This document shows positions 59,510-64,000 of a DNA stretch of 64,000 nucleotides, in pieces (position 1 is the stretch's first letter; each line of letters begins with the position of its first letter). The DNA comes from Candidatus Omnitrophota bacterium (lineage in GTDB: Bacteria; Omnitrophota; Gorgyraeia; Gygaellales; Profunditerraquicolaceae). The notes under the pieces were generated by a model. It saw nothing but the letters and a program-made list of their open reading frames with translations. It was not told where the DNA came from and made no database searches. The position numbers were made by a program, and so were the translations under genes. The stretch lies in contig JBAZGD010000001.1 of the NCBI GenBank assembly GCA_041653055.1, positions 13,512 to 77,511 on the forward strand, given 5' to 3'.

Positions 59510-61906
59510 TTATACTACGATATTTACAAGCTTATCGGGCACAACAATGATCTTCTTCAAAGAGTTGCCTTGTAACCAAGGCTTTAATTTCTCTTCGCCT
59601 AAGATCAACTCTTTTATCTTTTCCTCACTCATCCCCGCGGGTACCTCAATCTTAGAGCGCACCTTTCCGTTAACCTGAAGCACAATCTCTACGGTATCCT
59701 CAATAAGCATACCCGGATCATACTCCGGCCAAGAAGCCTTGGAAATGCTCTCCTTATTGCCCATGAGGCTGTAAAGCTCCTCTGAGAAATGCGGAATTAT
59801 CGGGCTAAGCATAATAACTAATTTAGAGAAAACCTCTTTATCTGCGCCAAACTGGTAAATAGCGTTGGTAAATTCCATAAGGCTGGCTATAGCGGTATTG
59901 AATTTAAACCCATTAAAATCATCACCCACCTTTTTTATAGTTTTATGCATAAAGCGCAGCAACCGATCGTCTGCCTTCTCTTTAAGGTTATCCTGTATGC
60001 GCCATACCCGGTTTAGGAACCTATAAGCCCCTTCCAGCCCGCGGTCATCCCACTCTAATTCTGTCTCGGGGGGAGCGGCGAAAAGAATAAAAAGGCGCAA
60101 AGAATCTGCGCCGTATCTCTTAATCATAGAATCGGGATCAACGATATTGCCCCTGGACTTAGACATTACCTCGCCTTCTTTTAAAACCATCCCCTGGGTT
60201 AAAAGGCGGTTAAAGGGCTCGGAGAAATCTATTAATCTTAAGTCTTTAAAAAACTTAGTAAAAAACCGCGAGTAGAGCAGATGCAGTATCGCATGCTCAA
60301 TGCCGCCAATATACTGATCAACCGGCATCCAGTAAGACACCTCTTTCCTGTCAAAAGGCGCCTCTTTGAATTGGGGAGAACAAAATCTCAAGAAATACCA
60401 GGAAGAGTCAAAAAAAGTTGCCATAGTATCCGTCTCTCTCCTGGCCTTCATCCCGCACTTAGGGCACTTAGCCTCTACAAATTTTTTTACCTTTGCCAAC
60501 GGGCTTCCCCCTTCTCCGGTGAAAGGCGCATCCTTAGGAAGCTCAACAGGCAAATCTTGATACGGCACAGGGACAGCGCCGCATTTATCGCAATATATAA
60601 CCGGAATGGGGCTTCCCCAATAACGCTGGCGCGAAATCAGCCAATCACGCAAACGCCAGTTAGTCTTAATGCGGCCAAACCCCTCTGCCTCCATCCACTT
60701 TGATATCCTATCTTTTGCCTCTAGATTTGAGGTGCCGTTAAATTTACCGGAATTAACCTGTAAACCATCACCCTCAAAAGCCTCTTCCATAGCTGCCTCA
60801 TCCAGACTGCGATCAAAAGGCTTAATAACTACACGCATAGGCAAACCGTGTTCTTTAGCAAAAATAAAGTCGCGCTGGTCATGGGTAGGGACAGCCATTA
60901 TTGCCCCGGTTCCATATTCCATCAGGACATAATCAGCAATCCAGACAGGGATTACTTCATTATTTACCGGATTGACGGCATAGCTTCCGGTAAAAATACC
61001 CTCTTTCTTTACATCCGAAGAGGCGCGGACAATTTTGCTCTTTTTGGAAACTTTATCGATAAATTCCAGGGCTTCTTTTTCATGTGGTTTCCCGCGAATA
61101 AAATCTTTTGCCGCCGGATGTTCGCAAGCCAAAACAATATAAGTTGCCCCGAATATAGTATCCGGGCGCGTTGTAAAAACTGGTATAACCGTATCGGAAT
61201 CCTTAAGTTTAAAATAAATCTCCACCCCCTGGCTCTTGCCTATCCAGTTCTCCTGCATGCTTAAAACCCGCCCCGGCCAGTTCTTCAGCAATTTTAAATC
61301 TTCCAGGAGCCTCTCCTTGTATTCCGTAATCTTTAAATACCACTGCTCTAAGTCTTTTTGCTCTACCTTGGCATGGCACCTCCAGCATCCTCCATCAATT
61401 ACCTCTTCATTAGCCAAAGTTGTTGAGCATTCCGGGCACCAGTTTACGGCAGATGCCTTCCTATAGGCCAACCCGCGTTCGAGCATCTTTAAGAATATCC
61501 ACTGGTTCCACTTATAATAGCTGCTGTCACAGGTAGAAAGTTCCCTGCTCCAGTCATAAGAAAAACCCATTTTTTTTAATTCTACTTCCATATCCTTGAT
61601 GCACTTATGGGTCCAGGTATCCGGCTTAGTCTTGTTTTTAATCGCCGCATTCTCCGCGGGCTGGCCAAAGGCATCAAAACCCATCGGATGTAAAACATCG
61701 TATCCCTGCAGCATCTTAAGGCGCGCAGCCACATCTCCGATGGTATAATTACGCACATGGCCCATATGTATCTTCCCTGAAGGATACGGAAACATCTCCA
61801 AAAGATAGTATTTTTTATTATTTGAATACGGAGAGGCCTTTAAAAGCCTCTCTTTATCCCAATACCTCTGCCACTTCTCTTCAATTTTCTTAAAGTCATA
61901 GAACAT
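59510..61906 (-). CDS. leuS: Leucine--tRNA ligase
   Basis: MFPYPSGKIHMGHVRNY (HIGH region), VMSKSRGN (KMSKS) and the CP1 editing domain. 798 aa. Confidence 0.97.
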   Translation of the reverse strand: MFYDFKKIEEKWQRYWDKERLLKASPYSNNKKYYLLEMFPYPSGKIHMGHVRNYTIGDVAARLKMLQGYDVLHPMGFDAFGQPAENAAIKNKTKPDTWTHKCIKDMEVELKKMGFSYDWSRELSTCDSSYYKWNQWIFLKMLERGLAYRKASAVNWCPECSTTLANEEVIDGGCWRCHAKVEQKDLEQWYLKITEYKERLLEDLKLLKNWPGRVLSMQENWIGKSQGVEIYFKLKDSDTVIPVFTTRPDTIFGATYIVLACEHPAAKDFIRGKPHEKEALEFIDKVSKKSKIVRASSDVKKEGIFTGSYAVNPVNNEVIPVWIADYVLMEYGTGAIMAVPTHDQRDFIFAKEHGLPMRVVIKPFDRSLDEAAMEEAFEGDGLQVNSGKFNGTSNLEAKDRISKWMEAEGFGRIKTNWRLRDWLISRQRYWGSPIPVIYCDKCGAVPVPYQDLPVELPKDAPFTGEGGSPLAKVKKFVEAKCPKCGMKARRETDTMATFFDSSWYFLRFCSPQFKEAPFDRKEVSYWMPVDQYIGGIEHAILHLLYSRFFTKFFKDLRLIDFSEPFNRLLTQGMVLKEGEVMSKSRGNIVDPDSMIKRYGADSLRLFILFAAPPETELEWDDRGLEGAYRFLNRVWRIQDNLKEKADDRLLRFMHKTIKKVGDDFNGFKFNTAIASLMEFTNAIYQFGADKEVFSKLVIMLSPIIPHFSEELYSLMGNKESISKASWPEYDPGMLIEDTVEIVLQVNGKVRSKIEVPAGMSEEKIKELILGEEKLKPWLQGNSLKKIIVVPDKLVNIVV

Positions 61907-61908
61907 AA

Positions 61909-62757
61909 TTATCCTGCCTTGGCTAATTTCCTCACCAGTCTTAAATTCATCTTATCGCTTAAAGGGCTGTCTTTAGGGGTCTCTAAAATCATTGGTATTT
62001 TCTTAAGCTTGGGGTGGTTAATAATCCTTTTCATCCCCTCTAAGCCTATGCTCCCTTTGCCGATATGATCATGCCGGTCGTGATGCGAGGCTAAATCCCC
62101 GTAGGCATCGTTTAAATGAATCAGCTTAATCAATCCTGTGCCTACCAATCCCTCAATCTCATTAAGCATAGACGATAAACCTTCCCTGGTGCTTAAATCA
62201 TAACCTGCCAGGTATGCGTGCGCAGTATCAAGGCATAGGCCTAGGCGCGATTTATCCCTTATGCCGGATATGATTTTCTTCTGGTGCTCAAATTTATAGC
62301 CTAACCATGACCCGCTTCCCGAAGTATTCTCAAGGAGTATCCCTACCTTAATCCCTTTAGTTTCATCCAGTATCTTATTCAGGGCGCTAATAATCCTGGC
62401 AATCCCTGCTTCCTCAGAGGTATCCTTATGGCTTCCCATATGGGTCACTATATAATCCGCCTCCAGCCTTGAGGCCTCCTGGATGTCATCAATATAGGAT
62501 TGAATTGAACCTTTATAAAGCCTGGCATCTGGAGAGGCAAGGTTAATTAAATATGATATATGGATAAAAACCGGATCTATCTTAAGCTTGTTACGCCGGG
62601 CTTTAAATTCCTCGATATCCTTCTTGCCTAAGGGCTTGCCCTTCCACTGTTGGGGGTTTCGGGTAAAAATTTGCATGGTTTGACAGCCTAAGGCATGCGC
62701 GCGGTTAAGCGATTCGTAAATTTTACCTGCCCCGGAAACATGGACGCCTATGGTCAT
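61909..62757 (-). CDS. nfo: Endonuclease IV (deoxyribonuclease IV)
   Basis: TIM-barrel AP endonuclease motifs (ILLENTSG, CLDTAHAY, IHLND...HDRHDHIG). 282 aa. Confidence 0.9.
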   Translation of the reverse strand: MTIGVHVSGAGKIYESLNRAHALGCQTMQIFTRNPQQWKGKPLGKKDIEEFKARRNKLKIDPVFIHISYLINLASPDARLYKGSIQSYIDDIQEASRLEADYIVTHMGSHKDTSEEAGIARIISALNKILDETKGIKVGILLENTSGSGSWLGYKFEHQKKIISGIRDKSRLGLCLDTAHAYLAGYDLSTREGLSSMLNEIEGLVGTGLIKLIHLNDAYGDLASHHDRHDHIGKGSIGLEGMKRIINHPKLKKIPMILETPKDSPLSDKMNLRLVRKLAKAG

Positions 62758-62766
62758 AATTTATAA

Positions 62767-62795
62767 ATTATACCCCTCCTTCTAAATAGCGTCAA
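62767..62795 (-). promoter_or_regulatory. Promoter TTGACG -17- TATAAT, 9 nt upstream of the nfo ATG
   Basis: -35 at 62790-62795 and -10 at 62767-62772. It is divergent from the tRNA promoter. Confidence 0.5.
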
Positions 62796-62803
62796 GGTTA
62801 TAG

Positions 62804-62832
62804 TTGACAATGCCCTGGGGCAATGTTATATT
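62804..62832 (+). promoter_or_regulatory. tRNA operon promoter TTGACA -17- TATATT
   Basis: -35 at 62804-62809 and -10 at 62827-62832, about 27 nt upstream of the tRNA-Ala 5' end. Confidence 0.6.
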
Positions 62833-62859
62833 TATAACCGCTAATCTTATAGATTTTAT

Positions 62860-62935
62860 GGGGCTGTAGCTCAGCTGGGAGAGCACTTGCATGGCATGCA
62901 AGGGGTCAGGGGTTCGATCCCCCTCAGCTCCACCA
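62860..62935 (+). tRNA. tRNA-Ala (anticodon GGC), CCA encoded
   Basis: I folded the cloverleaf by hand. Acceptor GGGGCTG/CAGCTCC with the G3:U70 identity pair, anticodon loop AT-GGC-AT, T-loop TTCGATC. 76 nt. Confidence 0.92.
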
Positions 62936-62952
62936 TTCTCCGTATATCTCTT

Positions 62953-63038
62953 GCCGAAGTGGCGAAATGGCATACGCGGCAGCCTCAAAAGCTGTTGAGC
63001 GCAAGCTCATGTGGGTTCAACTCCCTCCTTCGGCACCA
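62953..63038 (+). tRNA. tRNA-Leu (anticodon CAA), class II with long variable arm, CCA encoded
   Basis: Acceptor GCCGAAG/CTTCGGC, anticodon loop CT-CAA-AA, variable arm GAGC-GCAA-GCTC. There is one T.T mismatch in the T stem. 86 nt. Confidence 0.85.
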
Positions 63039-63044
63039 TGTCTT

Positions 63045-63100
63045 ACGGTTGCCCCCAAAGCTTTAACTCTGTGGGGGCAACCGTATAATTTGGTGCTTTT
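63045..63100 (+). terminator. Terminator hairpin after the tRNA pair
   Basis: Perfect 13-bp stem ACGGTTGCCCCCA / TGGGGGCAACCGT (63045-63057 / 63072-63084). The downstream T-tract is weak and interrupted. Confidence 0.55.
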
Positions 63101-63115
63101 CCCCTGAGAAATACC

Positions 63116-63143
63116 AAAAAGGCAAGTTGTCAATTAACTTACC
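63116..63143 (-). terminator. Rho-independent terminator after the SGNH hydrolase gene
   Basis: Minus-strand stem GGTAAGTT / AACTTGCC (8 bp with one G.U), 7-nt loop, then TTTTT. Confidence 0.55.
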
Positions 63144-63177
63144 GCCTTTCAGATTACTACAACAAAGAAAAGTGAAA

Positions 63178-63798
63178 TTATTCAGATTTTAAATACGGGC
63201 TGATAGCGCAGTGTATACGTTGAGCAATAATCTTATAACCCTCTTGGTTAGGGTGCATAAAATCGCTCTTCATGGCAGGGTTGGTAATTATACCGCTTAA
63301 TACTGCCGGGACAAAAATTGAGCCTGTCTCTTTAGCCAGCCTGGAAAACTTCATCCGGTAATCACGCAGGAAGAACCCCGCGCTTATATCAACAATAACC
63401 GTAATTGCTCCCTGGCCTTGGGCCCTGAGGATCATTGACCTGACATTATTTATAGTAGATTCCTGAGGTATATCTTTTAAGAAATCATTGCCGCAAAACT
63501 CGATTAAAACCAAGAAAGGTTTTCTATCTAATACATCTTTTTCTATGCGCTTAAAGGCGCTGATAGATGTGTCTCCGTCTACCCCCGCATTTATTACCGG
63601 CATTTTTACCATTTTAGAAAGAACTGAAGGATAGTCTTCACCGGGCTTAACCCCGTAACCGAAAGTAATACTATCTCCGAAACAAATAATATTCTCTCCG
63701 GAGGAACCTATGTTCTGAATTTCTCTTTTAGCGCAGGCAGATATGGCGATAACGCAAAAACACAGCAGTATTATTAAGGCTATCCTAGTTTTTGGCAT
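63178..63798 (-). CDS. SGNH/GDSL-family hydrolase (TesA/arylesterase-like), exported
   Basis: Signal peptide/lipobox-like AISAC, block I ICFGDSITFGYG, block III GCNDF-like (FCGNDF), block V (MHPNQEGY). 206 aa. Confidence 0.85.
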   Translation of the reverse strand: MPKTRIALIILLCFCVIAISACAKREIQNIGSSGENIICFGDSITFGYGVKPGEDYPSVLSKMVKMPVINAGVDGDTSISAFKRIEKDVLDRKPFLVLIEFCGNDFLKDIPQESTINNVRSMILRAQGQGAITVIVDISAGFFLRDYRMKFSRLAKETGSIFVPAVLSGIITNPAMKSDFMHPNQEGYKIIAQRIHCAISPYLKSE

Positions 63799-64000
63799 AA
63801 TTTAACCTCAGTTGGCCGCAGGCAGCATTTATATCCTCGCCCCGCTCTTTACGCAAAGTTACATTAATCCGTGACTTAACAAGATAATCCTTAAATATAT
63901 CCACGCTATTCTTTGTAGCCGGCTCAAATCTTAATTCCGGGATATAATTTGAGGGGATCAAGTTTACCTTGGCCAGTTTAAAATCTTTTAGCAGCCTGAA
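63785..64000 (-). CDS. rlmN: 23S rRNA/tRNA m2A methyltransferase RlmN (radical SAM), C-terminal 71 aa only
   Basis: Not in the track (edge). My translation ...VNLIPSNYIPELRFEPATKNSVDIFKDYLVKSRINVTLRKERGEDINAACGQLRLNYAKN matches the RlmN/Cfr C-terminus (NLIP.N, R...G.DI.AACGQL). It overlaps the SGNH start by 14 nt. Confidence 0.8.
   Translation of the reverse strand, partial: FRLLKDFKLAKVNLIPSNYIPELRFEPATKNSVDIFKDYLVKSRINVTLRKERGEDINAACGQLRLNYAKN

Noticed and set aside
62782-62988. 68-aa minus-strand ORF in the track
   Set aside because: It lies antisense across tRNA-Ala and the start of tRNA-Leu, has no RBS, and its sequence simply mirrors the tRNA stems. It is spurious.
63014-63030. T.T mismatch in the T stem of tRNA-Leu; considered a tRNA pseudogene
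   Set aside because: The acceptor stem, D arm, anticodon arm, long variable arm, T loop and encoded CCA are all intact. A single stem mismatch is tolerated in functional tRNAs.

Overview
This is a gene-dense 64-kb stretch of an AT-rich bacterial chromosome. It holds about 70 protein genes, two tRNAs (Ala-GGC, Leu-CAA) and one intact IS256-family insertion sequence. I found no rRNA, no CRISPR array, and no recognisable prophage or defence island. All but three protein genes (a CDF transporter, rpsT, a CheY-like receiver) lie on the minus strand in long, tightly packed or overlapping operons. Gene content points to an anaerobic diderm with a streamlined genome. Envelope genes include LptE, a BamD-like protein, a TonB-dependent receptor, an LpxL-like acyltransferase, Lnt, SecA and MurJ. 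There is a 10-gene O2/NO detoxification island (superoxide reductase, rubredoxin, flavodiiron protein, hybrid-cluster protein) and an archaeal-type COG1900 + NIL-ferredoxin homocysteine pathway. A canonical prfB +1 frameshift site supports the standard code with UGA as stop. I could not identify an unambiguous new multi-gene system; this is mainly core genome. Five observations seem most worth follow-up. (i) A structured leader upstream of the Rrf2-hcp operon, with a 27-codon ORF, a duplicated 10-mer and mutually exclusive hairpins. (ii) Near-consensus TTGACA/TATAAT promoters placed 6-12 nt from the start codons of at least nine operon-first genes (leaderless or near-leaderless mRNAs), alongside strong GGAGG sites on other genes. 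(iii) A three-domain protein (cNMP-binding, degenerate ParA/MinD-like, patatin) in an operon with a MazG-like NTP pyrophosphohydrolase. (iv) An orphan AmmeMemoRadiSam radical-SAM enzyme paired with a ThiI/MnmA-like PP-loop ATPase, next to a decayed HAD pseudogene. (v) A processive membrane GT2 synthase translationally coupled to a PEGA-domain protein and followed by a lone PilT ATPase. All functional calls come from motif recognition by eye, not from database searches.
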